Source: Cyanobacteriota bacterium
GTDB lineage: Bacteria; Cyanobacteriota; Cyanobacteriia; Thermostichales; Thermostichaceae
Length of the DNA stretch: 64,000 nt
NCBI GenBank assembly: GCA_033764955.1
Contig: JANRIL010000023.1
Span: forward strand, 97,290 to 161,289
Reading direction: 5' to 3'
Shown: positions 27,712 through 37,506 of the stretch, one piece after another
How the letters are laid out: each line of letters starts with the position of its first letter
Numbering within the stretch: the first letter of the stretch is position 1
The notes under the pieces: model-generated
What the model was told of the DNA's origin: nothing
The model's input: only the letters and a program-made list of their open reading frames with translations
Databases searched by the model: none
Program-made: the position numbers and the translations under genes

Positions 27712-29298
27712 ATGAAGAACAGCAGTCAAGGAACCAGTGAACTTACAGCATGGTCAGGCATAGTCGGCATCGCGGTGGTGGCGGTAGGGCTGTTACTGGG
27801 ATCCGTCTTTACTGGCTGGACAGCGGCTCCGTTGATCATTATCGGGATCGGGGTGGCTCTGCTGCTGCTCTGGGTCGTCAGCCATCAAGACCTGATCACG
27901 GCCGTTTTGGGGATGCGTTCCACCCGCAGCAATGTCAACGGTTTGGTGGCGGCGCTAGCGATGCTCCTAATCCTGGCATTGATCAATGTGCTGGCGGTGC
28001 GCTATCAGACCAAATTTGACTTGACCCAAGAGGGACTCTATACCCTCTCCCCACAAACAACCCAGTTGGTGCGCCAACTCCAGCAACCCGTCAAGGTTTG
28101 GGTTGCCACTACCACACCGGATCCCTACAGCCGCGATCAGTTAGAGCGCTACCAACGCCTCAACCCCAACCGGTTTAGCTTTGAATTTTTTAATCCCAAT
28201 AACTCCCCCGAACGGGCTCGCCAACTGGAGGTCAAGCAACTCAATACCTTTGTGGTGGAATCGGGATCCCGCCGTCAGCAGTTTCCCCGCCCGACAGGGG
28301 ATCTGGAAAGCACCCTCACCCCCACCCTAGCTAAAGTGCTGAGTACGACAGCTCTGACGGTCTATGTTGTGCAGGGGCATGGCGAGTTTCCCCTCACCCC
28401 CAATGCTCCTGGATCCCCCGGTTTATCGCAGGTGGTAGCGGGGTTAGAGCAGGATACCTATCAAGTCAAGCCCCTTAATCTGATCGACTCGGATATCCCA
28501 GCAGATGCCAGCGTGATTATTGTGGCAGGGCCTCAACGGGCTTATTTCCCTGGAGAAGTGGACAAATTAAAGACCTATCTGAATCAGGGGGGCAAGTTGC
28601 TGTTGTTGCTCTCACCCCAGGTCGAAACCGGATTGGAACCACTACTCAGCGAGTGGGGGGTCAGCTTGGGCAATGATGTTGTGGTGGATGTGAGTGAAGT
28701 CAGCCAACTGCTAGGGTTTGGCCCTTCAGTGGCTCTCGTCAACACCTACGGATCCCATCCCATTACGGAACCTCTGGCAAGCCAAGGGTTAGTCACCCTC
28801 TTTCCCCTCGCCCGCTCGGTTACCACAACCCCCATCGAAGGATACGTAGCCACCCCGATTCTGACCAGTAGCCCTAAGAGTTGGGGAGAAACTGACTTAG
28901 CGGGCGGCAAAGCCCAGTTTGATCGGGATCGGGATAAACCAGGTCCACTCACCTTGGGAGTCGCCCTCAGCCATGCCATGCCCCCAGAGGAGGCCAATTC
29001 ATCTTCCGAATCCACCCCCATTCCTCCTGAAAATCAAGGGCGATTGGTGGTAATTGGTAACGCCAACTTTGCGGTGGATGGCAACTTCCGGCAGCAGGGC
29101 AATGGGGATCTCTTCTTAAATAGCGTCAACTGGTTAAGCGAACAGGCCGGTCAGATCTCGATTCGCCCCAAATCTGCCACCAATCGTCGCTTTAGCCTCA
29201 GCCGCCAAAACTTGAATGGATTGGTGGTAGTGGCGATGCTGGGTCTGCCTTTATTGGCGTTGGGATCCGGTGGCTATATCTGGTGGCAACGGCGCTAG
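27712..29298 (+). CDS. GldG-family ABC auxiliary protein
   Basis: FDLT....YTLS.QT, GHGE, GG.LLLLL.P, GRLVVIGN and N.DLFLNSVNWL motifs. Confidence 0.85.
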   Translation: MKNSSQGTSELTAWSGIVGIAVVAVGLLLGSVFTGWTAAPLIIIGIGVALLLLWVVSHQDLITAVLGMRSTRSNVNGLVAALAMLLILALINVLAVRYQTKFDLTQEGLYTLSPQTTQLVRQLQQPVKVWVATTTPDPYSRDQLERYQRLNPNRFSFEFFNPNNSPERARQLEVKQLNTFVVESGSRRQQFPRPTGDLESTLTPTLAKVLSTTALTVYVVQGHGEFPLTPNAPGSPGLSQVVAGLEQDTYQVKPLNLIDSDIPADASVIIVAGPQRAYFPGEVDKLKTYLNQGGKLLLLLSPQVETGLEPLLSEWGVSLGNDVVVDVSEVSQLLGFGPSVALVNTYGSHPITEPLASQGLVTLFPLARSVTTTPIEGYVATPILTSSPKSWGETDLAGGKAQFDRDRDKPGPLTLGVALSHAMPPEEANSSSESTPIPPENQGRLVVIGNANFAVDGNFRQQGNGDLFLNSVNWLSEQAGQISIRPKSATNRRFSLSRQNLNGLVVVAMLGLPLLALGSGGYIWWQRR

Positions 29299-29310
29299 GA
29301 GGAGAAGCTG

Positions 29311-30795
29311 ATGTTAAAACGCAGTACCTTGGGATTATTGGTGGTGGCGCTCCTTTTAGCCGGGGGGCTGTGGTTGGCCGATACCCTACAAAAACAGTCA
29401 GGACAACGCGCAGCCGATCAGAATCGCCTGCTAACGTTTGCCAGTGAGGCGGTAGCCCAGATTCACATTGAAACCCCTTCTGCCAACGCCGCCGTCGATA
29501 CCCAACCGCAACGCATCCAACTGGAGAAACAACCCCTTTCCCCCACCCCCGCCACCACTTCCAATCCAGCTACTCCCACCTCGCCTACTCCCGCCACCTG
29601 GCAGATCACCCAGCCCTTGACCACTCCCGCCGATGGCTTGGTTGTGGACAACCTCTTGCGAGCTGCTACCACTCTCCAGCCGCAAGCTACGATTCGTGAG
29701 GCAACGGACTACGCTGAGTTTGGCCTAGAGCCTGCCCGTGACCAGCTAACCTTTGTTCTGGAGGATGAGAGCCGCCACACCCTCAAACTGGGATCCCCTA
29801 ACTTTGACGGCAGCAGTCTTTATGCCCAGGCTGAGCAGGGATCCGTAGTAACCATTCCTGTCAGTCAACGCACGGCGCTCCTGCCCAGTCTGTTTGCCCT
29901 GCGAGACAAGCGAGTCGTCACCCTAAATGCCTCCGAGATTGGGTCGATCCACTTACAATCTACGGACAAAGACCGACCTAGCTTGAAGCTGCTCAACTCC
30001 CCTTCCTCCGGCTGGCAAATTGTAGAACCCCGCCCCCTCAACACCGATACCACGGTGATCAACCAATTTTTGGGGCGTTTGACCAATCTGCAAGCCACTG
30101 AGTTTGTGGCTGAATCGCAGGAAAACCTGGCCTCCTTTGATCTGGCTCGTCCCCAAACCCAACTGATCATCTCCCGAAAAGACTCTACCCCCCCCATTAC
30201 CCTAGCCATCAGTGGCAAAAAAGAGGAAAAGGTCTATGCCTTCTCCTCCCAGATTGAGGGGGTTGTCACCTTGGATCCCGAAATTGCCGAGGGGTTGCGA
30301 CCCGATCTGGCAGCATGGCGGGATCCCCACCTAGTGAGCTTGGTGCCCAGCCAAATCGGTGAGATTCAGATTGAAGCGGCAGATGACAGCCTCAGGCGCA
30401 GTTTGATGCCCTCTACTAGCACCCCCGCCACCAGCTCCAGCCCTAGCCCTGCCGAACTCACTTGGGAACTCTCCGATCAGCCAGGACGAGCGGTTGTGTT
30501 GACCAGCCTGTTTACCACCCTTCAGGAGGCAAAAGCAACGGAGTTTTTGCCCGCCAGTGATCGGCAAGCCAATCGTTTGTTGGAGAAACCGGAACTCACC
30601 CTCACCTTGATGCCCCAGGCTGGACTGGCAACAGAACCCGTGCGGATTAGTCTGGCTCAGGAGGGATTCGATCTCTATGCCCGCAGCAGCACCCAAACCG
30701 ATATCCTAAAGCTGGATGTGGGCGTCATGGAAAGCGTGCTCTCCAGTCTGCGATCCCTACGCCCTCTCCCTAGCCCAACGGCTAGTCCCAGTTAG
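29311..30795 (+). CDS. DUF4340 domain protein
   Basis: Repeated W.I..P...AD...V..L..L.A...FGL..P modules; usual partner of GldG-like operons. Confidence 0.75.
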   Translation: MLKRSTLGLLVVALLLAGGLWLADTLQKQSGQRAADQNRLLTFASEAVAQIHIETPSANAAVDTQPQRIQLEKQPLSPTPATTSNPATPTSPTPATWQITQPLTTPADGLVVDNLLRAATTLQPQATIREATDYAEFGLEPARDQLTFVLEDESRHTLKLGSPNFDGSSLYAQAEQGSVVTIPVSQRTALLPSLFALRDKRVVTLNASEIGSIHLQSTDKDRPSLKLLNSPSSGWQIVEPRPLNTDTTVINQFLGRLTNLQATEFVAESQENLASFDLARPQTQLIISRKDSTPPITLAISGKKEEKVYAFSSQIEGVVTLDPEIAEGLRPDLAAWRDPHLVSLVPSQIGEIQIEAADDSLRRSLMPSTSTPATSSSPSPAELTWELSDQPGRAVVLTSLFTTLQEAKATEFLPASDRQANRLLEKPELTLTLMPQAGLATEPVRISLAQEGFDLYARSSTQTDILKLDVGVMESVLSSLRSLRPLPSPTASPS

Positions 30796-30835
30796 GGGTA
30801 GCGCCTGTTGCTAGGTTATTTCCGTCAGAGGGACT

Positions 30836-31315
30836 ATGTTGATCGAATTTCGGGAATGTGACTGGGCTGATCTTTGGATTTGGTTTGAATTTGCCGAGCC
30901 TCCCGTAGAAGCAGAAAAAGAATACCTGGAGCAGGTCTTAAACTCCTGGTATACCCTAGGAATGTTGGGGGGGTTTAACGCGGCCTCTTTAGTGGCTCAA
31001 GAGGCGGGGGTAGACATCAGCTATCTGGATTATCTCCCCCCCGAGGATTCCTTGCCCTCAATGATGCACAATATGGGATCCCCCGAATATCAGGAGGAGT
31101 GGGGACGCTGCTGGTTTGATCTGGGTACTGCCGATGCCCTGTCTCTCGATGTTTTGCTCAGTACCCTCACCACCCTCAGCCTGGAATATGTGGGTCTGCA
31201 ACGGGTGATTGTGGGCGGGGTTAACGAAGATTGGCCTGTCCCGCTGATGCAGGAGGAGTTTAGTGCGAATGGCTATTCTGACAACCATTTCGATGAGGAT
31301 CCTTCCCTAGGCTAA
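30836..31315 (+). CDS. DUF3531 family protein
   Basis: FRE...DLWIW.EF, W..LG.LGGFN, MHNMG..EY...WGRCWFDLGT.D and VGG.NEDWP motifs. Confidence 0.85.
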   Translation: MLIEFRECDWADLWIWFEFAEPPVEAEKEYLEQVLNSWYTLGMLGGFNAASLVAQEAGVDISYLDYLPPEDSLPSMMHNMGSPEYQEEWGRCWFDLGTADALSLDVLLSTLTTLSLEYVGLQRVIVGGVNEDWPVPLMQEEFSANGYSDNHFDEDPSLG

Positions 31316-31357
31316 GCTGGATCAACCTGTTAGATATGTTTTAGAGCGGGCGTAACG

Positions 31358-31660
31358 ATGACCAGTTCCCCCCCACCCGATCATGGACTCCGGTTAGCAG
31401 CCGTCAGTTTTACCTCGATCCTCTTGGCAGAGATGGGAGACAAAACCCAACTGGCAACCCTGCTATTGTCGGCGCGTTCCCAGCATCCCCTCCTCACTTT
31501 TGTGGGAGCCGCCAGTGCCTTGATCGCCACCAGCCTAATTGGGGTATGGGCGGGGGCTTGGGTCGCCAGCAAAGTGCCGCCCCGTCTGATCAAAATTACG
31601 GCGGGTCTGGGCTTTATCGGGATTGGGACAACGCTGCTCTGGCAGGCTTGGCGGGGCTAA
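31358..31660 (+). CDS. Half-size TMEM165/GDT1 (UPF0016) family protein
   Basis: A single LAEMGDKTQLAT motif and three TM segments. Confidence 0.85.
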   Translation: MTSSPPPDHGLRLAAVSFTSILLAEMGDKTQLATLLLSARSQHPLLTFVGAASALIATSLIGVWAGAWVASKVPPRLIKITAGLGFIGIGTTLLWQAWRG

Positions 31661-31751
31661 AAGAATTGGCAAGGGCTATATCTTGCCAAAGACAAAATGC
31701 TACCATTGTGAGCGCTACTTTTTAAGGATCCCCTTTTTTCGGGTCAAGCTC

Positions 31752-31904
31752 ATGGCAAAAAAGCGTAATCTCAAACGAGAAAAAGCCCAACGCAATCGTG
31801 AATATGCGCGGCAGTTTCAAAAAAGCCGTGCCCGCAACAATCCTCGCAATCGCCGCAACTTTAACGACGATGAAAACACCAGCACCACTAGCGCCGAAGA
31901 GTAG
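31752..31904 (+). CDS. Small basic hypothetical protein
   Basis: MAKKRNLKREKAQRNREYARQF; 50 aa. Confidence 0.6.
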   Translation: MAKKRNLKREKAQRNREYARQFQKSRARNNPRNRRNFNDDENTSTTSAEE

Positions 31905-32084
31905 CGCGCGAGTAGGGTGGGGATCCTCGTTTTCCACAAGCCGCTAAGATAGACTCAGGCTTGAGCTTCGGGTGTCTTCGGCCAGGATCCCTTCACTCCA
32001 TCAGTCAGCAATCCTAGAGATCCCTATCCCCTAGCTTGACGTTTGCTTACGTATTTCTGTCCTGAGTTTAGGGGATTTTGACCT

Positions 32085-32372
32085 ATGGCTGGCTCGCTTC
32101 CCGATCCCTTTGAGGCCGACCCCAACAAAGAGGGTTTCTTTTATCCGATTCACGGCACAACCGATGCAGATGCCTCCTTCCCGGAGGTGGTTTTTAATGC
32201 CAACTTGCAGGAGTTTTCCCAACGGGTGGCGATTATTTGTGCCTTGGAGAGTAATGGCAAACTAACTCCTCTAGAAGCCTATGACTATATTAAGGATCTC
32301 TGGCAAAGACTGGAGTCCTCAAAGGAGTCGCTTTTGGATTACCCCATGCCTAACATCTCCGATCTCGACTGA
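32085..32372 (+). CDS. Conserved cyanobacterial hypothetical protein
   Basis: FNANLQEFSQRV..IC.LE.NGKL.P.EAY..IK.LW..L..SK motif. Confidence 0.75.
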   Translation: MAGSLPDPFEADPNKEGFFYPIHGTTDADASFPEVVFNANLQEFSQRVAIICALESNGKLTPLEAYDYIKDLWQRLESSKESLLDYPMPNISDLD

Positions 32373-32557
32373 CCACCGTTGCCCAGTTTGTCCTCGCACC
32401 AACCTTTGCCTTAAACGCTTTAGAAATCGGGTTGTGTTGATTTTTCATTTTGTTGACCCAAAGGACAAGGGATCCCTGGGATGATGAGATACCAGTTTTT
32501 CAAGAGTGGGTGTGGGATGGGGTTCAATAGGCGAGGTGCTGGTAACAGTGCCCATCT

Positions 32558-32836
32558 TTAGGGTTGAAAGATTCGCAGCAGTTGGCGGTGGGTAAGGTCT
32601 GCCAACATCAAGTCAGTCTGGAGGAGGGTCATGCCACCGATCTGAGGTAACCCTTCCAGCAAAAGACTCACCTCCCCATCAGGGCTAATCCGCCAGAGGG
32701 AAGGAGGGGATCCATAGCTGGGTTGACCCAGCAGCCACAGCCTATCTGGTAGAGCCGCTAACCCCTGCACCGCCGCCACAAAATCCAAACTGACCCACTC
32801 TCTTGCCTGCCCTGTCTGGGAAATTTTGAGGAAAAG
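32558..32836 (-). pseudogene. Headless fragment of a beta-propeller-like protein
   Basis: Open frame LFLKISQTGQAREWVSLDFVAAVQGLAALPDRLWLL...LWRISPDGEVSLLLEGL... with a stop codon directly upstream. Confidence 0.45.
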
Positions 32837-32880
32837 TCATACTGAGGATTAGCTTTGACCTGCAATTGCTCCCCATCCGG

Positions 32881-34245
32881 CTAAATGAGAATGTAGAAGT
32901 AGTTACTCGTACCAGAGACATTTTGGTAGGTGTAAGTAAGGCTAGCCCCATCGGTATCTGAGATGACTTCTTCAGGACTCATCGCTCTGGGTTGCCCATC
33001 TATCGAGAGAAACTGTGCAGGCTCTTGGCGAGCATCAATCATCAGGCGCATGGAGCCAAGCTGAGTCGCAACGACTTGATTCATGGCTACTCCCCCAATC
33101 AATTTGAATTTGACTTGCCGGACTTGAATCTGCCAGGGGTGAGCATCAGAAATAGCCCAGACAAACTCACCAATGGCATGAAGGTCATAGCGGAGACCAT
33201 CGAAGGTGTAGAGATGAGGATCCCCTGTGCTAGCGCCTGGAGTGCAGGTAGAGCAAGGAGGGGGTGGCGGTGGCGGGGATGGCGGTGGTGGAGGTGGCGG
33301 CGATGGATTAGGAGAGGGATCCGGTGAGGGATCCGGTGAGGGAGAAGGACAGGAGCCTTCTTCACAAGCGCAAAAGGGTTTCTCGGCGGGGTCACTGACA
33401 TCACAGGGATCCCTCATCTCGGCAGTTTTAGAATCACTGAGTTTGTCATCGGGAAAATCGGGTACGGTATACTCTGCCAAAACATTTACGGTCATTGTGC
33501 CTAGATTGACTGAGAGGGTAGCTTCTGTCTCAAATAAACCTTCCTCATCAGTTTCACCAGTGGTAGCAGCTAGCGTGCCATTTTGTGGTGTTAGGGTAAG
33601 TTTTATGGGAGGTTGTTTGCCATCTTTATCTAAGGCTGGCTGATTATCTCTATCCAATAATTTGACTTTTACCTTAAGATATACTGGCTCACCATCATTC
33701 ACAACTATCGGATATGAAAGGGGGTCAAGTTGCAACTCACAAGCGGGATCAACAGTAACTTCTTGCTGATCAAATCCTCGCTCAAGTAAGCCTAAAACAT
33801 CAGCAGGATGATAAGGTTCAGCAACAAGATATTGTTTGCCTGCTAATAAGGCACATTTAGGAAGTTTTAGTGTTTGTCCTGACTTTGAGATAGCAATTGA
33901 CGAAAAGCTATAGTTTTCATCTTGATCTGCTTTGCCATCCAGACCAATAGGGTGCCAGTTGATCAGGTAGTTATTACCAACGAAGTCGATAGGTATCGAA
34001 CCGACCTCTACTTGAAACAGAGGAATTTCTAAATAAGGAACGGGGATCTGAATTAGAGCACTAATAGATTCAGCTTTTTGCTGTAGATTAGACTGTTTTG
34101 CAGAGAGGGAGTAGTCTGTTGATGGAGAAACCAAGTTAGTTGAAGAGCCACAGGATGTTAATAATAGCAAAGAAGCAATAAATGATAGCTTTCTTAAAAA
34201 GCTAAGGATAAGGTCAAAAGTAAAGTTAAATGATAACTTCATCAA
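32881..34245 (-). pseudogene. Lipoprotein with Ig-like domain, Pro-rich linker and truncated VWD domain (premature stop)
   Basis: Lipobox LLLLTSC; TDEEGLF Ig-like motif; CPSPSPDPSPDP linker; GDPHLYTFDGLRYD..GEF VWD start. The TAG falls in YILI*PDGEQLQV, which looks like a mutated Trp codon. Confidence 0.7.
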
Positions 34246-34745
34246 TCAAGACCCATAATCAGTGGATAAGTGGGAGATATTTCAGAATCTTTGCGCAATA
34301 TCTGAGCTTCACTGATTTCTCCTGGAATAAAAGTCAACCTACACCATTGATCATATTCAGCATCAGCATCTATCGCCTCATCAACTGAATCCAAGACAGT
34401 ACCAAGCTCAAAAAGTAATCCATACTTCCCTTCAGAGATTAGAATGTGTACATCATTCCATAAGTCTGTAATTGTCAAAGACTGTGATTGCTCAATTTGA
34501 AAAGGGACTAAAATTCCACGCTTTGTCTCTGGCATCAAATTAGGTATTTTATTATCTCGATAAACTTTCACTTGCAAGTGATATCCTCCCTCAAAAATAC
34601 AAAATCCAAAACATTTGACTGACCAGAAAAAACCTTGGCGTATAGTTTCCTCATTCCACCCAATACTATTTCCATATGAAGCCCGCGACGTGTACAAGAC
34701 AATTGAATTATGGGTAGGCTGTAGAGAGAAATCTTGTATAAGCAT
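34242..34745 (-). CDS. Nin/ComJ-like nuclease inhibitor (immunity protein)
   Basis: W.EE.I.QGF.W, R.I.VPF.I, I..G.Y.L.FE and A.ILR.D motifs; lies directly after a NucA/NucB domain gene. Confidence 0.75.
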   Translation of the reverse strand: MLIQDFSLQPTHNSIVLYTSRASYGNSIGWNEETIRQGFFWSVKCFGFCIFEGGYHLQVKVYRDNKIPNLMPETKRGILVPFQIEQSQSLTITDLWNDVHILISEGKYGLLFELGTVLDSVDEAIDADAEYDQWCRLTFIPGEISEAQILRKDSEISPTYPLIMGLD

Positions 34746-34760
34746 AAAACAATTTAAAGC

Positions 34761-37223
34761 CTATGTAGGGTTTCCGAAAGCATCATAAATCACAAATCTT
34801 ACTTGAGTTCCATCAGGGTGAGTCGATTCAGGCATATATTTGCTAAAGTTAGAACCCGAACCCATATTATCAGATCCCTTAATACATTTTACATGTGCAT
34901 TCCCATTGTTTTCTAAGAACACAGCAGGAGGATATTCATCACGTTGTTGGCCTGAAGGACATTGTTGTATATTTAGTGGTGGTTTCTTTGCATTTCTGAG
35001 TGTTTTTACTCTTCGAGATGTTGAATTTTTTCTGTCAATTGTTAAAATGTCTGGTGTAGATCTTCTCTCTTTAACATGCTTAGCGCTCTCTGGATACTTT
35101 ACCTCAGAGAATCCCACATTAGGCAGTGTAGTTTGAGGAGTTGGACAAGAAGAGCTTCTTGTCGATAAATCTGTTGTCAAACATCCTAAACTAGCTTGAT
35201 TCCCTAAGGTCGCTCTCATCCCCACAAAAAACTCTACAGCATTGCTATCTTGAAAGCTTGCTGCTATCGGGATCTCTACAAAACTAGGATAAACAACTTC
35301 CTCCTCTGGTTGACTAATTTGCACATTCGCATTGGGGCTAAATATTGTCTCTGCTCTTCCATAAACCTTTCCTCCTATCCTCGGAAAACTAATCGGTGGA
35401 ACCGGAACCACAACAGGTGGAGTTGTGGGTACAGCCACTATCCCCCAAACGGTTGGATTGACTCCCAAGTTGATCCCTGCCTCAAACACCCCTGACAAAT
35501 CAAGCTGCCCTTCTTTGAGAGGGGAAAAACTCCCTTGACTATAGTTAGCACTAAACTTCCACTCCCCATTTTCATAGACAGCTTCTGGATTTAGACTAGC
35601 TCCACTATATCTCCACCCCAATCTGCCACTAGCAATCGCCTCCATCCCTGCAAACTCTTCTACTTTTACAGAAAAACGTAAGTTGACCCACACAGCAACA
35701 GGCCCAACAGTTCCAGCAATAGTAGTAAAGAAAAAGGGTATATCAGGACTATTGAGAAGTTGATCCACCTCTCCTAATCCATTCATTTGCAGATAGCTAT
35801 CAATCACTAAATCTTGATAACCAATACCTATCCTAAAATAGTCAACACCAAATTCATTGGTAGAAAATCTTAGTTCTGGCAGTCTAAAATCTGGGCAGAT
35901 CTGATAAGAATATCCCCAACTGGCAGCAAGGCTAAAGTTACTGTTGACCTCTCCTACAAAATCTTCCCACTGAAAAGGAATGGTAATAGCTTGATTTCCT
36001 GCTAAGGTCTCGATTGGATAGGTCTCTCCACCTGAGAAAAGTTGAGAACAAGTGGATAACTCTGATTTATTAACAACTTGAGGATTGACCGCAGTCTCTT
36101 GAAACTGAGTGGATCCCTTGATGATCACGTCGTTAGGCAAAGCTGGTTCTAATTGAAGTTGCAAAGTTTGATTGATTATTTGATAGGCCAAAACTCGCAT
36201 GGGTGGAATGGAGGCATTAGCTCCTACGATCACATCTCCTCGATAAATGGTGGGAAGTATTTTGTCTAATTTGAGGGTTAGTAAATTTTGCTCCCAATCT
36301 GTTGATTCAATCAGTTCCTCAGCTTGTTCCGGCAATACTTTGACATGGGGAGCAATCACCGCCTCCGGCGTAGACACCGTAAAACTCACCCTGGCTGAAG
36401 CCATCCCAGTCTGAGCTTTACTTTGGTTTTCCCCGATTTGCGCCGTCAGGGTTTCCATGACCACACTATTGGCTGGATAATCCAGAACGGCTCCTCTCCC
36501 CACCACCTGATTTTGAGCATTGCGCCACTCAATCCGCTGAGAAATATCCCTGCCCTCGCCATCGATAGCCACCGCTTCTAGCCTGAGCGTTTCGCCAATC
36601 GTGAGCGGGATCCCATCTTTGTCCTCCACACCAATAATTTGAATGGTTCCGGTGGGTGGTTCGCTTGCTTCTGCACTGGGTGTGACATCAGGACTAGGGA
36701 TCCCTGAGGGGAATGAGGATCCCGAACAAGGAATCGGGTTCAACAAAGCCACTGACAATCCAAATCGCCTCTCCACCTCCGTTTGCACCTGCACCTTAGA
36801 TGGACAAGGGAGATTGTTGGGAGGTTCTCGCAGCACCGCCACCGCAAAGGCCACGGCTGCATCCTGAGAATTAACCTGACCATTGCCATCCAAATCGGCG
36901 GCAGCCAACACAAAGCCATTGCTGCTATTGAGTTGTTGCTCATTCAAAGAAATACCAAACCGACTTTCCACCTCCGCCCGAATTTGGTCATTGGCAGGAT
37001 TCGCCACCGAGTTTGGAGGCTCTTTGAGCACCGCAATCCCAAAGGCAATGGCGGCATCCGTCGAGTCAAAAGTTGTGGGATCCCCTTCAAACCAAACTTG
37101 AGTGGAATCAGGAATACCTGGAGTGGTTAGGGTGCTGGGGGGGTCTGAGCCACAGGAAAGCAAACCCAACAGCAGGGATCCCATCAACAAATAGTGAGTA
37201 ATTGTGCGGAAAAGGGATCCCAT
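34761..37223 (-). CDS. Multidomain lipoprotein with a C-terminal NucA/NucB-family DNase (putative polymorphic toxin)
   Basis: Lipobox LLGLLSC (ATG 37223). C-terminal KYPESAKHV...LTIDR....RR...RDEYPPA....G.A.VK.I..SDN.GSG...DGT.VRF aligns by eye with Bacillus NucB motifs. Confidence 0.85.
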   Translation of the reverse strand: MGSLFRTITHYLLMGSLLLGLLSCGSDPPSTLTTPGIPDSTQVWFEGDPTTFDSTDAAIAFGIAVLKEPPNSVANPANDQIRAEVESRFGISLNEQQLNSSNGFVLAAADLDGNGQVNSQDAAVAFAVAVLREPPNNLPCPSKVQVQTEVERRFGLSVALLNPIPCSGSSFPSGIPSPDVTPSAEASEPPTGTIQIIGVEDKDGIPLTIGETLRLEAVAIDGEGRDISQRIEWRNAQNQVVGRGAVLDYPANSVVMETLTAQIGENQSKAQTGMASARVSFTVSTPEAVIAPHVKVLPEQAEELIESTDWEQNLLTLKLDKILPTIYRGDVIVGANASIPPMRVLAYQIINQTLQLQLEPALPNDVIIKGSTQFQETAVNPQVVNKSELSTCSQLFSGGETYPIETLAGNQAITIPFQWEDFVGEVNSNFSLAASWGYSYQICPDFRLPELRFSTNEFGVDYFRIGIGYQDLVIDSYLQMNGLGEVDQLLNSPDIPFFFTTIAGTVGPVAVWVNLRFSVKVEEFAGMEAIASGRLGWRYSGASLNPEAVYENGEWKFSANYSQGSFSPLKEGQLDLSGVFEAGINLGVNPTVWGIVAVPTTPPVVVPVPPISFPRIGGKVYGRAETIFSPNANVQISQPEEEVVYPSFVEIPIAASFQDSNAVEFFVGMRATLGNQASLGCLTTDLSTRSSSCPTPQTTLPNVGFSEVKYPESAKHVKERRSTPDILTIDRKNSTSRRVKTLRNAKKPPLNIQQCPSGQQRDEYPPAVFLENNGNAHVKCIKGSDNMGSGSNFSKYMPESTHPDGTQVRFVIYDAFGNPT

Positions 37224-37506
37224 TTTTAGAAAATGAGTTGAAGAAATTAGAGACTTTTCTGAACTGCCCACGAAGTATCAGACTCAAGTGTTCTTTGAAA
37301 AAAGACTGTGGTAATTCTTAATAAAGAGCAGAAGTCGAGGTATTCTTGAACACACTTCAAGGAACTTGGGGATCCCTTACGGCTGGAGTGGCAGAGGAAG
37401 CGATGGTTAAACAGAATCTCTCGTATTTAGAGATTAGTAGCCAAATTTACAGCTAGCCGATCTCTAAATCCGCTGGGATTAAGGCTGAACCTTAGCCACC
37501 CCAGAT

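Noticed and set aside
25803..30795. Gliding-motility machinery or toxin exporter
   Set aside because: GldA/F/G-like plus DUF4340 operons are widespread, and nothing in the sequence ties this one to motility or to the toxin loci.
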